64,000 nucleotides of DNA from Calditrichia bacterium (GCA_963796965.1 CAWCNS010000007.1:512001-576000); one strand, 5' to 3'; positions 9,454 to 21,353 are shown, counted from the stretch's first letter. The notes: a model not told the origin generated them from the sequence alone. A program made the numbers and translations.

Positions 9454-12400
9454 TTAAAATTTTACAGGTACCCGATTAGCAGAAATGATCCGGACAGGGC
9501 CTAACAATCCTGAAATGCGTGGTTGATCGTTTTTAGTAAATTTATGGATATTGGTTCGCGTAAAGCGCTTCTCTTCCGGCAAAAATTGATCACCGATCAA
9601 TCGGTTTGGCCATAAATTGGTTACCCGGATAACGAGATTATTCTCACCAGATTTAAGTTTACCGGTTATTTCTGCTCTAAATGGCGGCATCCATAACACA
9701 CCTGTAGATTTTCCATTTACAATAACCTCAGCCATATCCTGGACATTACCCAACTCCAAATAATGTCGGTCAGCAGTGAGAAATTTATCCAAAACTACTA
9801 TTTTCTTTGTATAGGTGACCGTTCCTGAGAAATATTTAATTGCGGGTATAGACGATACTGTCCAGGATTGTAGTTTATCCCAGCTGACAGTTTCCGGTGC
9901 CCCCCATCCTTCCGGAAAATTCAATTGCCACTCCCCTTCTATAGCCACCGCCTCTGGCGGCTCATCGACCTGAATAGTTTTCGTTTTTCCATCAACACTT
10001 GTCAGCTCGTACTCTCCACCTTCATAAGTTTCCAGCCAGAACCCATCATTATTATTTATCAGGGTGGCACCTTTTCGCACCGCGATTCCTTTAGAAAGGG
10101 GGAAGAGACTTTGCTCATTCCATTTCATTGAAGAAATCGGTGCGGTAGTACTCTCTTCGCGAAAGATAACGAATGCTGATCCTTCCGGACCTAGATTAAG
10201 CGGAACCGTGATGCGTCCCTCCTTTTCCCTGTAAAGTGTAATTTTCTTTGTAGACCCAGTCAAAGGATCCCAAATTTCCGGCACTTTTCCTTTAACTCTG
10301 AACTGGCAATCCACCCGTTCATACCGATCCGGAAGATCGGTCAGGTAGCGATATTTGGTATCATAAATGCCTTGCCGGGCCAAACGATTAACCACAAAAT
10401 AAATATCCGTATTCTCCACACGTCGATGGATATAATCCAGATCACTGCTATCCTGAACGCTGACAAAACCAAAATCGGGAAGAATGCCATCAGTCAATAA
10501 TATCTCACGCAAGTTCATTCCCCAGAAGATCCTTCCCTTGCCATATGGGTTTTCCTTCACCGTCTGCCCGTCACAAGGGCCCCACAAACGATTGGCTATT
10601 TTAACAACCTCTGCTTCCGAATTTGGAAAATCATACAAACCGGTTGAGGTTTTCGGTTTTGGACCTACCACCCTAGCACCAGCCTGGACCAATTGTTCAA
10701 CCCTCTGTAAAACTTCCAAAGAAATCGCCTCTCGCTCCGGTAAGCGAAGAAGATGATAACTCATACCATCGGGTAGAATTATCCGGCCGTTTTTTACCCC
10801 CATACGCTCGAGAAGGACTTCAGCATTACATTCATCATAATCATATCCGGGTCCGAGTTCCTTTATGATCTGTTTCCGTGAAACAAAATTAGGGACATCG
10901 TCACCATAATAGACACAGACATCGGCCTGAAAAAGTCCCTGGCTGAGAAGAAAAGATGTTCGGGAAAGATATTCAACAAAAGACTTTGACTGATCCCACC
11001 AGGTGGTATTTGGATTGAGGTGGGTGCCGGCAAAATATTCATTTCCTGGCAGGCCAAACTCCTCTGGTGAACTTGTAAAACAATGCCAGAAAAAACGATT
11101 GATACCTTCACAAAAATTTCGATCAAAAACACTTTTTAAATCCCTGGGCGCGCGTTCCCATTGGGGCCCAATAGTGGTTGGTCCCTCCCCGGCCACAAAC
11201 CGCTTTCCATAAATATGAGCAGCTGAAGCACTTTGCTTGATAAATAAACGGTCATCTTCCCGAACCCTATGTGTATTCGATCTGGCCCAGAATTCACCCA
11301 CAGGAAAATCGTTTCGCCCCAGACATTTAAGGCCATCAATGGGCGCAGAATGAGGACCTCCCGACTCCGGATGAATCCCTAAACTCCGCTCGTGAGCCAA
11401 ACGGGCAAATTGGGCATACATGCGGTCGGCGATACAATCACCAACTGTTTTACGATAATCATATAAAAAACGGTTAGAGACCTCTCTATTATCCACTATG
11501 CGACCAGCCAGTACAGATAAATATGGTAGTGGATCATAACCACGCATAGTGATAAAATCTTCGCGGAAGTTTTTTGTCCAATTGACTAATCCCATCTCCC
11601 AGCTATCCGTATGGAGGTATTTCAAAGATTTACCTACCCAATCACCCGCTGATGATAAAATTGGATCAACCACATCTCTAAAATAATTCTCCAGGGCAGC
11701 TGTACTGAGGTGGTCAAAAGATAAGCCCTGGTAACCATCACTACCGGTACTTACATGGGCTCCGGTTAAAATATATCCAAATCGCAAAACCACCCATTCC
11801 CCCGATGGAACATCCCAGTGCAGCCGTCCCTTCTCATCCAGATGTGTACTTAGGTCAATGAGAGAAGCCTGAGATAAATCGGCTTCTTCAGACTTAGATA
11901 TTTCCTGCTCTCTGAGCATGAATAAGGGATAAGCACCGCCACCACGGAATTGCTTGTTCAGTGATTTATAGACCCAGTTTTTTATAGGCCGGGGCTTTTC
12001 TTCATATTTCTTTCGGTATGCCTGAATCGCAATATCATGATAATTTTTTCCGACAGCCTTTGGAAGAGTATCTGTAAAACTAGTTGGTCCGGTTATTGTT
12101 TTTTCGCTCCAGACAATTTTTTTCATGGCATCTTCAGGTGTAACTGACGGTCCACCCGGATTCCAACCACTTTGAATATTTAAACTTATGTCAAGCTCAA
12201 GACGATTGGCTTCTTTGAGGGCATGAACAAACAATACCTTCCATTCCTCACTGCCAAAAACCGGACCGGCGGGAGTTTTGTATGCAATCTTATAGCTGGA
12301 GGAACCAGCGTCAAACAATAACGCACCACCAAAGCCTTTATCTTTTAGTTCTTCCAGATCCCGAGTGATACTCTCTTTGGTAGCCATCGAATTGAGCCAC

Positions 12401-12582
12401 CACCAAAAAACGCGCGGTCTGCTGTCAAGCGGTGGATTTATGAAGCCCTGATCAAGATTTTCCGTAATGGTGATTTGCGTTTCATCAACATTTCTTTTGT
12501 CACTATAATCTCCATAACATCCAAATAACATATTGATGATAAGAGCCATCAACAGGTATGACAGTAATATTTGTATGTTCAT
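9454..12582 (-). CDS. GH106 alpha-L-rhamnosidase-like glycoside hydrolase
   Basis: RPRVFWWW, HTDSWE, SAAHIYGK, C-terminal VTNLWPNRLIGD...SGLLGPV; 1042 aa with export signal. Confidence 0.85.
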   Translation of the reverse strand: MNIQILLSYLLMALIINMLFGCYGDYSDKRNVDETQITITENLDQGFINPPLDSRPRVFWWWLNSMATKESITRDLEELKDKGFGGALLFDAGSSSYKIAYKTPAGPVFGSEEWKVLFVHALKEANRLELDISLNIQSGWNPGGPSVTPEDAMKKIVWSEKTITGPTSFTDTLPKAVGKNYHDIAIQAYRKKYEEKPRPIKNWVYKSLNKQFRGGGAYPLFMLREQEISKSEEADLSQASLIDLSTHLDEKGRLHWDVPSGEWVVLRFGYILTGAHVSTGSDGYQGLSFDHLSTAALENYFRDVVDPILSSAGDWVGKSLKYLHTDSWEMGLVNWTKNFREDFITMRGYDPLPYLSVLAGRIVDNREVSNRFLYDYRKTVGDCIADRMYAQFARLAHERSLGIHPESGGPHSAPIDGLKCLGRNDFPVGEFWARSNTHRVREDDRLFIKQSASAAHIYGKRFVAGEGPTTIGPQWERAPRDLKSVFDRNFCEGINRFFWHCFTSSPEEFGLPGNEYFAGTHLNPNTTWWDQSKSFVEYLSRTSFLLSQGLFQADVCVYYGDDVPNFVSRKQIIKELGPGYDYDECNAEVLLERMGVKNGRIILPDGMSYHLLRLPEREAISLEVLQRVEQLVQAGARVVGPKPKTSTGLYDFPNSEAEVVKIANRLWGPCDGQTVKENPYGKGRIFWGMNLREILLTDGILPDFGFVSVQDSSDLDYIHRRVENTDIYFVVNRLARQGIYDTKYRYLTDLPDRYERVDCQFRVKGKVPEIWDPLTGSTKKITLYREKEGRITVPLNLGPEGSAFVIFREESTTAPISSMKWNEQSLFPLSKGIAVRKGATLINNNDGFWLETYEGGEYELTSVDGKTKTIQVDEPPEAVAIEGEWQLNFPEGWGAPETVSWDKLQSWTVSSIPAIKYFSGTVTYTKKIVVLDKFLTADRHYLELGNVQDMAEVIVNGKSTGVLWMPPFRAEITGKLKSGENNLVIRVTNLWPNRLIGDQFLPEEKRFTRTNIHKFTKNDQPRISGLLGPVRIISANRVPVKF

Positions 12583-12660
12583 TTAAACCCGCTCCTAAAT
12601 CATTATACTGGTGGTTTAAAATGTAGCGACGCGATTATGAGGCTCAATAAAAAAGCATAT

Positions 12661-12784
12661 AACCGCGGAAATACACAGAGGTTCACGGAATTTATATATT
12701 TAGAAAAATGCATTTTTTAACAATTATGTCCATTTCTCATCTCCAAGATAATAGATCCGTGATATTCCGTGTAAATCCGTGGTT
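12661..12784. repeat. Family A inverted-pair element
   Basis: AACCGCGGAAATACACAGAGGTTCACGGAA / TCCGTGATATTCCGTGTAAATCCGTGGTT. Confidence 0.7.
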
Positions 12785-12960
12785 GAATTATTATTTTCAC
12801 ATAACCTCCTATTTGCATCTATACAAAAATAATGCAATCTCCAGATTGAATTATCTTCTTTCTGCTCAGAACCAAGTGGCGGGTTTCCAGTATCCGAGAC
12901 TTGGCTAAAACCATAAGATCAACTTAATCTTAAGATACATATTAGAATAAATTTTCATAT

Positions 12961-13045
12961 AACCCTTTCAGGGTTACTTTATTTGAGGTAATATTCACCG
13001 TGGGCGTTGCCCACGGCTATTATCTTTTGCGGCCCTTCAGGGCAT
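12961..13045. repeat. REP-like multi-hairpin element
   Basis: AACCCTTTCAGGGTT, CCGTGGGCGTTGCCCACGG, GCCCTTCAGGGC. Confidence 0.6.
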
Positions 13046-13368
13046 ATTGTTAATTATCAATCCAAATGCACCTGCCTCAAATGGCCGTCTGAAGTAAGTA
13101 CCTTGCCTCAGCGCATTTTGGTGTTCCCCTCTTTCAGTAGATTTTTCAACCCAGAATCCAGAGCCAAGTACCCAGTATCAAGCAGATAATATACAAATAT
13201 TTACTCAATTCCAAACTAAACCATCCTTTCACGATAATATTCCAAACGAAGACTTTATAATAGATCTTTTTATTTTAAACTTTTATCGTTCTCAAACGAT
13301 AATAGAATAAGAGTAATCTATTTAAGTCTATTTCATCCAGAAAAGAATTTTAATTCGGAAAGGTTTTT

Positions 13369-13731
13369 ATGGAAAAAGAGACTGTCGATCTCCGAGATAT
13401 TATTTTGATGATAAAAGAACAAAAGCAGATGGAAGCTAATCTTGCATTAGAGTTTGATTGTACTATCGAGACCGCTGATGTGAAACCATTGATAAAGGTA
13501 ATCAATTATGCGATAAACTATATAAACCAACTAACATATCAGCCCCAGCAAATTTCTTTAAATGCCAGTATGAGTGGCATTACCATTGGATTTACAACAT
13601 TTACAGACGTAGTGGATTTACCTCCTATAAATTCGCAGGTAAATGAAGCTTTAGAATCTTACAACGCTGTTCTGGAACAAAAAGGCGAATCCGGTAAATA
13701 TACACAACTATTGATAATCTTTAAGAAATAA
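13369..13731 (+). CDS. Hypothetical protein
   Basis: 120-aa ORF with AAGG RBS, alone in an otherwise non-coding region. Confidence 0.6.
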   Translation: MEKETVDLRDIILMIKEQKQMEANLALEFDCTIETADVKPLIKVINYAINYINQLTYQPQQISLNASMSGITIGFTTFTDVVDLPPINSQVNEALESYNAVLEQKGESGKYTQLLIIFKK

Positions 13732-14099
13732 GATTAATTTAGTCGCCAATATAACTATTGGCTATTGCCAGGCGATATAGTCTTGTTCCTTCTTAATTTT
13801 GTCTTTATTATGTATTAACTGACTTAGAATAATTGTTTTCTTGCCCTGTAAATTAAAATCATAATGCAAATCTTATTTAACACAGAGAGACGCTGAGAAC
13901 GCTGAGTTCCGCAGAATATATTTTAATTCTTCTATATCTTTAAAAGCCCGATGTATTCCCTCTTTTAAAAGCACATTTGTAACATTCTCAGATATATCAA
14001 GTTGACAAAAATATTTAATATTTACTTTGCGTCCTCTGCGATCTCCGCGTTAATAAATTATTCTATATTTTAATTGAAGATAAAACTTTTGTCACAGAC

Positions 14100-14627
14100 T
14101 TATTTGTCAGATAATTTTCTCAGACGATTAAAGAATTCATTTCTTATTTTTTCAATTTGCAATGCTTCTTTGTAGCCCATTATCGCCTGGTCCTGATGTT
14201 TAAACCTTTCTGGCTCTACCTGTAAGGCATATGAATTAACCTGCCTTTCCCAAAACCATGCAGCACTACAAAACTGGATATTTTCCGGACTAAGAACGGT
14301 GATCTTCTTCAAAGATTCCAACAAATGCCTTCCGACATCACTCTTCTCAATACAGAAACAAATATAGGCAATCCTGTACGTCACTTCAGTAAGGGAATCG
14401 GTGAGTGGCAGGGGCTCCAGGTTATGAATATCCTTCTGTCCTTTATATACAAAATGTCCATAGCAACATTGTAGAGTAAAACAGCAGGGCAATTTATTAA
14501 AGCCATTAATTAAATCGACTAATGGCGCTTCAATCATGTCATTGTTGAGGCTTTGAATACTTCTTTGTCTTTGCTCATGAAAATCTGGATTATTTACTAA
14601 TTCTTGAGGTTCAATGAAAGTCTCCAT
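14100..14627 (-). CDS. Conserved hypothetical protein (TLQCCYGH motif)
   Basis: ATG at 14627 directly after the mlaF-like stop codon; 175 aa. Confidence 0.7.
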   Translation of the reverse strand: METFIEPQELVNNPDFHEQRQRSIQSLNNDMIEAPLVDLINGFNKLPCCFTLQCCYGHFVYKGQKDIHNLEPLPLTDSLTEVTYRIAYICFCIEKSDVGRHLLESLKKITVLSPENIQFCSAAWFWERQVNSYALQVEPERFKHQDQAIMGYKEALQIEKIRNEFFNRLRKLSDK

Positions 14628-14628
14628 G

Positions 14629-15399
14629 CTATTCCTTCCCCTTACCTTTGGCCTTACTAAAGAACTCGGCAATGGGAGGATGTTTTGATTCTAATGCAGT
14701 GGCAAGGTCTCCTTGAAAAATAACCTGGCCCTGTTCGAGAAAAATAATACGATCCGCTAATCGATAAATACTTGACACCTCATGTGTCACCATGATGATC
14801 GTTGTGTCCAGTTGTTCCTTCAACTGGAGGATCAATGTATCCAAAGATTCCAAAGTAACAGGATCTAAACCGGCCGAGGGTTCATCACAAAAAAGTAAGG
14901 GAGGATCAAGAGCCATGGCCCGGGCAAGCGCTGCTCTTTTGCGCATACCACCGGATAGTTGTGAAGGGAGTTGATTGCCAGCAGATGCCAAGCCCACGAG
15001 ATTTAATTTCATATATATGAGTCTTTTAATTAATTCCTCATTTAAACTCGTATGCTGTTCAAGCGGGATAGCAATATTTTCAGCAACAGTAAGCGAATTC
15101 AACAAGGCCCCATTCTGGAATAATACGCCCATTTGAAGCCGCAACTGATCTAACTCTTTTTCATCACAATCATCCAGCTCTTTCCCCATAATTGAGATGC
15201 TGCCCTCTTGTAAGGGATATAAACCGAGAATATGCTTAAGTGTAACTGTTTTTCCGCTTCCACTTTTTCCTAATATCACTGTAATCTCATTCTCAAAAGC
15301 AGAGAATGAAATATCTTTCAAAATTTGCTTATCTCCGAATGAGGTTGATAAATTTTCAACTTTAATGATTTCAGATCTCATTGAGTCACACAACTTCAA
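14629..15399 (-). CDS. mlaF: MlaF/Mkl-family ABC ATPase
   Basis: GKSGSGKT, LSGGMRKRAALARA, DEPSAGLDP. Confidence 0.85.
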   Translation of the reverse strand: MKLCDSMRSEIIKVENLSTSFGDKQILKDISFSAFENEITVILGKSGSGKTVTLKHILGLYPLQEGSISIMGKELDDCDEKELDQLRLQMGVLFQNGALLNSLTVAENIAIPLEQHTSLNEELIKRLIYMKLNLVGLASAGNQLPSQLSGGMRKRAALARAMALDPPLLFCDEPSAGLDPVTLESLDTLILQLKEQLDTTIIMVTHEVSSIYRLADRIIFLEQGQVIFQGDLATALESKHPPIAEFFSKAKGKGKE

Positions 15400-15584
15400 C
15401 TTATTTTATTCTGAGTCATATCTACCCTATCTCTCGCAAAGCCGCTAAGACGCAAAGACTTTTATCCACTAATTTCACGAATTTCCACGAATTAAAAATC
15501 AAAAATTTATATATTTTTCCTTCGTGTTCTCCGTATGCTCTGTGCTGAATACGATGAGGTATTATCCTTTGCTAAGTGTCCATG

Positions 15585-16710
15585 TTAATAAAATATTAAA
15601 CCAAGGATACTATCAGCCAGGATAACAAGAAAGATTGACGTCACAACCGCTGCCGTTGTATATCGGCCCACAGCCTCTGAGCCGCCTTTCACATGAAAAC
15701 CAAAGTAACTTCCCGTTTGCACAATGAGAACGGCAAAGATAATACTCTTAAAAGTACCGGTAAAAATGTCCTTTGTAAACAACACTGTAGCCATTCTATT
15801 ATAAAAGGTCATAACTGAGATATCAAGATAGAAGTAGGAGACGATCATGCCTCCGAGAATGCCCATAAAATCAGCTAGTATGGTTAAAAACGGCAATGTG
15901 AAGACGCTTGCATACATTTTTGGGACGACTACATAACGTACCGGGTTGAGGGCCATAGATTTAAGGGCATCGATCTCCTCTGTAATTACCATTGTACCCA
16001 CTTCAGAAGCAATGGCAGAACCACTCCGTCCTGCAATCATAATTGCCGTAATCAGAGGTCCCATTTCACGGGTCATGGCGATGACGGTCAAATCCACGAT
16101 AAATATATTTGCCCCAAACTGTCGTAGTTGGGCAGCCGATTGTAAAGCGAGTACCAGGCCGATTAACAAGGCTATCAATCCAACAATAGGGACGGCATTA
16201 ACACCAATAATCACCGCCTGATTAACCGATTCTCCTTTGCGGCGTGCTTTATCGTGACCAAAGAAATCAGTCAATGACCAATAAAACAAGTCTGCCAGTA
16301 GGTAAATATAATCGCGAAGAACCACATTTAGAAAATGAAACCCATGTTCACCTATTCTTTCAAAATAATTTTCTTTCTTAGAAATATCCTGCTTTTCAGG
16401 GTGGGTTGCAGAGAATGTGTCAATACTCATCTGAATCTTCTCGGGCACATTTACAAGCTCAACTTTTTTATCTTTATCTTTCAGTACCTGGGCAATATGC
16501 TGCAGAAAGGCAACACCCGCACTATCAATTTCCTTCAAGTTTATCAGATCAATAACCAAATTATCATTTTTATAATTTAATATGGCATGTAATAAATCGT
16601 TATTGTCCGCGTCAATCTCTTTAATAGTAAGAGAATTGGAGAGTTTTAATAAAGTGTTTTCCCATTGATAACTGAAGAGAAGAATTCTGTGCTGAATTTT
16701 GCGAGATCAT
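15585..16710 (-). CDS. mlaE: STAS-MlaE permease fusion (5' end disrupted by an apparent indel)
   Basis: IDSAG STAS motif; REMGPLITAIMIAGRSGSAIASE; candidate ATG at 16710. Confidence 0.8.
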
Positions 16711-16724
16711 AAGGACCAATTCAA

Positions 16725-17358
16725 TCAGTCTTTTTGGGCGGGTACAGGCTGATTCTTATTTTCAAAATAAGATCTAATTTTTGTAATAAAATTCTGAGCC
16801 TCTTCCTGATAGATAACACTCAATTCTGAGGCAAAGAGATTAAGATCACGGCTTTCCAAATCTTTGGTTCTTTCAAATTTATACGTTACGATTGTTTTCG
16901 CATTTTCATATTCAATTAAATCAAAACTCATCTCCAAATGCGCATAAAACAGATCTCCGTTATCCAATGCCTCAAGATTATACACCTGGGGTAATATCTG
17001 ATAATCAGGGATTTGTTTTAGAAATCCGCTTTTACTTGAGGTGAAGATCTGGGACATTTGTAACTGATGCTCTAAGTAGAGAAGTTAAATTTTCAGAAGG
17101 ATTCATTGCCCAGTAATGATATTGGTAATAACTAATTTCATGACTTTGCTTTCGAACAGCTATCTGTGTTTTAGCGTAAGCAGGAGGAACCTTTGTATCC
17201 AGAATCTCACATATGCCTTCAACCTGTTCTGACTGCAGGGTATTATAGTCCCCCTTTGCTGGCAATTCAAGAATATAATAATGACGGACTAAAACTCTCT
17301 CACCACAAGATAGAATTCCAATAATAATAAAAAACAAAGCAAATAATGATAGTTTCAT
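16725..17358 (-). CDS. PqiC-like ABC transport auxiliary lipoprotein (frameshift near 17065)
   Basis: Lipobox ILSC, YYQYHYWAMNP; continues in ORF 16725-17057; lies between mlaD and mlaE. Confidence 0.7.
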
Positions 17359-17362
17359 ATGC

Positions 17363-18347
17363 CTACCTGTCTAAATCCTCATCTGGTATATCCTGATATT
17401 TTGAGCCACGCAACAATAAAGATGGGTCTTCATTTATCATTCGCGCTGCTTCCTCCAGATGTTCCAGAGTTGAGCGCATTTTTTGCAGACTAATAAAAAG
17501 GTTGTCTCTACCTTTTTCCATATCGTAATCTACAATCTTTAAGATCTGATTAGTGCGGTCTAATGTAACTGCAAATTCTTCAATTATCAGATCCAGATCC
17601 GCTTTTCTCAAGACTTTTTGTCACTTTGTTTACATTTGATAATATTTCACTCAAAGTATCTGACAATGATACATTTTGCATGGTTTCTGACGTAGGTAAC
17701 AAAAATTGCGTGATTGTATCAAGACGCGCACCAGTAATTTTTGCCTGGGTTACAATATCGCGGAGATCACGCCGGTTTTCCCGAAGGAGCAAATCCAATT
17801 CTTCAAAGGTTTTGTTCGCATTTGCGGCCAGATCAATAATTTTATTCAGATTCTCGGGTTTAGAAAAAGTATTCAGATTATTGATTAAAAGTTCGACTTT
17901 CTCCATGATTATTTCAGCCTTACCGGTAATCAATTCAGATATCGATCCACCCGCTGGGATGTATTCACCAGGATTCAGAAGTTCAGAAGCGCTGCTCCCG
18001 CCCCGAATCTCGATCATTTTGAGACCGGTAATCCCGATCATTTCAATGTCAGCATAGGCATCTTTTTTTATGGGTGTTCCCTCTTTCACCGCGATTTCGA
18101 CCTTTATTCGGCTTATATCATCTACATCTATTTGAATATCCTTGATGGTTCCTACACCAAGCCCTAAGTATTTAACCGGAGAACCGACCTCCAAACCACT
18201 AACAGATATATCTTTATAAGAAATTAAATAGATATCTTGTTTTTTTAGAAATTGCTGGCTTCCAATAATAACAAGTAATGCAGTAAGCATTAAGATAACC
18301 AAAAGAACGAAGACACCAAGACGGCGTTTTTGAGACTTAGTTGGCAT
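17363..18347 (-). CDS. mlaD: MlaD/MCE-domain protein (frameshift near 17610)
   Basis: SVSGLEVGSPVKYLGLGVG, GITGLKMIEI, C-terminal EDPSLLLRG. Confidence 0.8.
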
Positions 18348-18589
18348 TCAGATAATCCCTGATAATTATTAATTAAATATACAATTGATATTACAACCCT
18401 GCAATTGATAATATCAAATTCAATAAACAATGGAATTTCTGTAATCGATTTTTCTATAAAATATGTAGGAGATATAAATGAAATCTTGGTGGTAGTCTCT
18501 AAAAAAATAGAAAAAGGTTAGAATTGAAACTATAACGGTGCAATAATGCAATAATTGAAGAATAAATTGGGGTATTTAGACAGTCTTTC

Positions 18590-18849
18590 TTTTGCCTTAT
18601 TTATCCAGTAAGCAGATGTATCCATACAGGTCACATGTCCTTCACGGTTTAAAATTTTAATTAGACATGCGGCACCGCCCCGCCTCCACATCCGAAATCA
18701 AGAATATTTTCATTTCCCTTCAGCCCAAGGGTTTCAATATAGGGATTATAAAATACCCTACAGCCGATTAAATGTTTCAACATATCTTCCAAAACGAATA
18801 AGAACGAGGGATTATTAAAATCAACCCGGGTAAATTTATATTCGTTCAT
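18590..18849 (-). pseudogene. Truncated class I methyltransferase fragment
   Basis: ILDFGCGGG then a frameshift; a downstream frame gives GHVTCMDTSAYW and then the similarity is lost. Confidence 0.55.
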
Positions 18850-18979
18850 AACTACAAATTTCTCCCAACTTTGACTATCAAATCATTAATATATCTTCAG
18901 GCAACGCATATTACCTGGCACAAAAACCTTTCCGGGATTTTTTTAATAGTTAGTATCATTTGATACTATTTCTACAGAA

Positions 18980-19307
18980 TCATTTTTTATCCTCTGATTT
19001 CCTGTTTTTTAAGCGGTTAATTTCTTCCTGGATCTGTTTCAGTTCATTTTCATAATATTTCACCTGGTCATGCAATAATTCTATATCATCTTCCGGAGAT
19101 AGCTCAGTCGAATTTCTCATAAATCCCTGTCTTCAACCCCTGCCTGGCATACCAGAGGCAAAAAATCGATTTCGCCAGCCCCTGCCAAATCCACCAAGTC
19201 CCCAAAACCGGGAACGGATATTCGTTTCAGACGTATCACATTGGCCTTGACCCCAACCGGTCATGGCCCCCTGGCCCCTTGGGCCTGTTTCTATCATAAC
19301 CTGGCAT
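18980..19307 (-). CDS. DUF5320-family protein (indel near 19290; in-frame TGA at 19133-19135)
   Basis: GGAGGA RBS; reconstructed MPGYDRTGPRGQGAMTGWGQGQC...GRGWRNRFFASGMPG; coiled-coil tail DIELLHDQVKYYENELKQIQEEINRL lies beyond the TGA. Confidence 0.7.
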
Positions 19308-19394
19308 CTTAAAGTCCTCCTGATTTTATGGTTTATCAATTAATTATTCTTATGTAAATCTATACCTCCAACTATTTATTCTACAATAGTATCA

Positions 19395-19410
19395 TCAAAA
19401 ATGAAGCCAA
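19395..19410 (-). promoter_or_regulatory. Sigma54-type promoter for the DUF5320 gene
   Basis: Minus strand TTGGCTTCATTTTTGA (GG-N10-GA). Confidence 0.6.
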
Positions 19411-19475
19411 ACATGATAAAAGGCTTATCTTACTGTTTTTATTATTTTTATGCTTTATTCCATATATATTACTGA

Positions 19476-19522
19476 TTGCACTATTAAAAATATGGTCAAT
19501 TCCCAATTGCAATATTGCAATT
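19476..19522. promoter_or_regulatory. Paired TTGCA-N4-TGCAA upstream activator boxes
   Basis: Weak TTGCACTATTAAAA (19476-19489) and perfect AATTGCAATATTGCAATT (19505-19522). Confidence 0.6.
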
Positions 19523-19724
19523 AATTACTGATTACGATGCCTCTGCGTGGTAAAAAAAAGATAGGTTATAAATTTAGTGATGATAGTTGTAGTCCATCTT
19601 AGAGATGAACTACAACTTGATAGAATGCCTATTCGAATGTAGTGGCGACCCTGGACGGTCGGACACTTATTCCGATATCAAGGCCTTTTATACCACAGAA
19701 GCGGTTGGAAAAGGGATTTATTAA

Positions 19725-20429
19725 TTATTGTAAAAACTCAAAAATCAGATAGTGGGCAACTGTCTCGCCAATATTTTCTAAAGCATGTTTATCTGCCACA
19801 TGCCAATGGATATCACCTGCTTCCATTTTTGATTTCTTTGTATCCATTTTATCGGAAGTATACTGGATTTGGTAGGAAGTGAGAGAATAAATCAGCCGAT
19901 TGACACCGTGATGCATTGGTTGTGAATCACCCACAGCAAGTTTTATGTCAATGATCCGTACATGATCATTCTCAAAAATGGTGTTGGCATGTTTCGAATC
20001 TTGTTGACTAGCATCATTCGCTATGTCATAGTCCCCAGACTCAGGCAGTGCTTTCTCCTTGCGGGTTACGACGATATAGTTGGCGTCGGTATCACCGATA
20101 TTTTCAACGGCATGATCGATAGCGTCATGCCAGTGGACATCGCCCTTTGTCCAATCTTTCTCACTTACCTGATCGCCTTCAGTCCACTTTATCTTGTAAT
20201 CAGAGAGAGCGTAGACCACACGGAGGCCGCCTTTATGTTTGGGTAATTTGTCACCAGGTTTAAGCTTGAATTCAGCTAGTTTGACATAGTCATTTTCAAA
20301 CTGCACGATTTCATCAGTTGTCGCAGCCTTTTCAGTGACCTTTTCCTGCTTTTGACTGCAACCGCCAACAAAGAGAATAATACCAAAACAAATGATGAAT
20401 AGTATTGTTCCAACTTTTGCCATTAACAT
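19725..20429 (-). CDS. Two-domain cupin lipoprotein
   Basis: Lipobox VGGC; duplicated FENDxV...PxHxG...GDxHW...HAxENIG. Confidence 0.8.
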   Translation of the reverse strand: MLMAKVGTILFIICFGIILFVGGCSQKQEKVTEKAATTDEIVQFENDYVKLAEFKLKPGDKLPKHKGGLRVVYALSDYKIKWTEGDQVSEKDWTKGDVHWHDAIDHAVENIGDTDANYIVVTRKEKALPESGDYDIANDASQQDSKHANTIFENDHVRIIDIKLAVGDSQPMHHGVNRLIYSLTSYQIQYTSDKMDTKKSKMEAGDIHWHVADKHALENIGETVAHYLIFEFLQ

Positions 20430-20639
20430 TTTTGTCTCCTTTACTGATATTTCTTCGTTTTCCTGAACTGTACTCTCTCCAACTTTTGCACCAGTCGGGC
20501 GCGCGCGTCCGATCTTCTTTTCGGATATAATTTAACTCCTTTTTAGTATAATACGCCAACCATAATTTCTAAAAAAAATAATTATTTTACAAGAATATTG
20601 CCTAAAATATATTTACCATCAAATTACCACATCGGACTT

Positions 20640-21227
20640 TTATAATAACTCCAATACAAAGTGATGCTGGCTTAATGGACCATGGGATAAATGTTCATGT
20701 GATAATTTTTTAAATCCACTTTTTTCAAAAGCTGACTTTATATCATCGATCGTATATAAACCATAATTTTTTACAAATGGTTTAAAAATATTTTTAACTA
20801 GTTCAGGAAAAGTAATATCTAACCAAATGAAATATCCGCCCGGGCGGAGTACCCTTTCAATTTCCCATATTGAATCTGACCAGTTAGGAATATGATGAAA
20901 AACATGTTGAGAAAGAACTAAATCGATGCTAGCATCTTCAAAAGATAATTTAGTTGCATCTTCAACCTGGAAGTGTAAATGTTCGATTACTGGTTGCAAT
21001 TTTTGGGCTAGTTGAATTTGTTCTAGATCATAGTCTGTACCATAAACTGCAAAGTTGTAAGATTCTGCTAAATAGGATGAAACAAAACCGACTCCACATC
21101 CAAGTTCTAGGACCGTATTAATTTTTTTTATCTCAATTTGTTGAAAAGCTGATCGTATTTTTTTGATATTTCCTTCAGATTTTTTTCTACGATTAACAAA
21201 ACGTTTTTCAATCTGAGTCATTTCCAT
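20640..21227 (-). CDS. Class I SAM-dependent methyltransferase
   Basis: VLELGCGVG, VFHHIP, RVLRPGG. Confidence 0.9.
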   Translation of the reverse strand: MEMTQIEKRFVNRRKKSEGNIKKIRSAFQQIEIKKINTVLELGCGVGFVSSYLAESYNFAVYGTDYDLEQIQLAQKLQPVIEHLHFQVEDATKLSFEDASIDLVLSQHVFHHIPNWSDSIWEIERVLRPGGYFIWLDITFPELVKNIFKPFVKNYGLYTIDDIKSAFEKSGFKKLSHEHLSHGPLSQHHFVLELL

Positions 21228-21353
21228 AATTCAAAATCCAATACTCAATTAAAAAAATAGTATAGCAAAATTTGCCAATATTGCCCATCTTTAATTAATA
21301 GCATACTATTTATGCTAAGTGCATAATAATACTAAAAGATAACTATTGACCCT

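Noticed and set aside
18538..18551. GTGCAATAATGCAA box upstream of mlaD as a fourth regulon member
   Set aside because: No -24/-12 element at the 67-68 or 99-106 bp offsets and no second box
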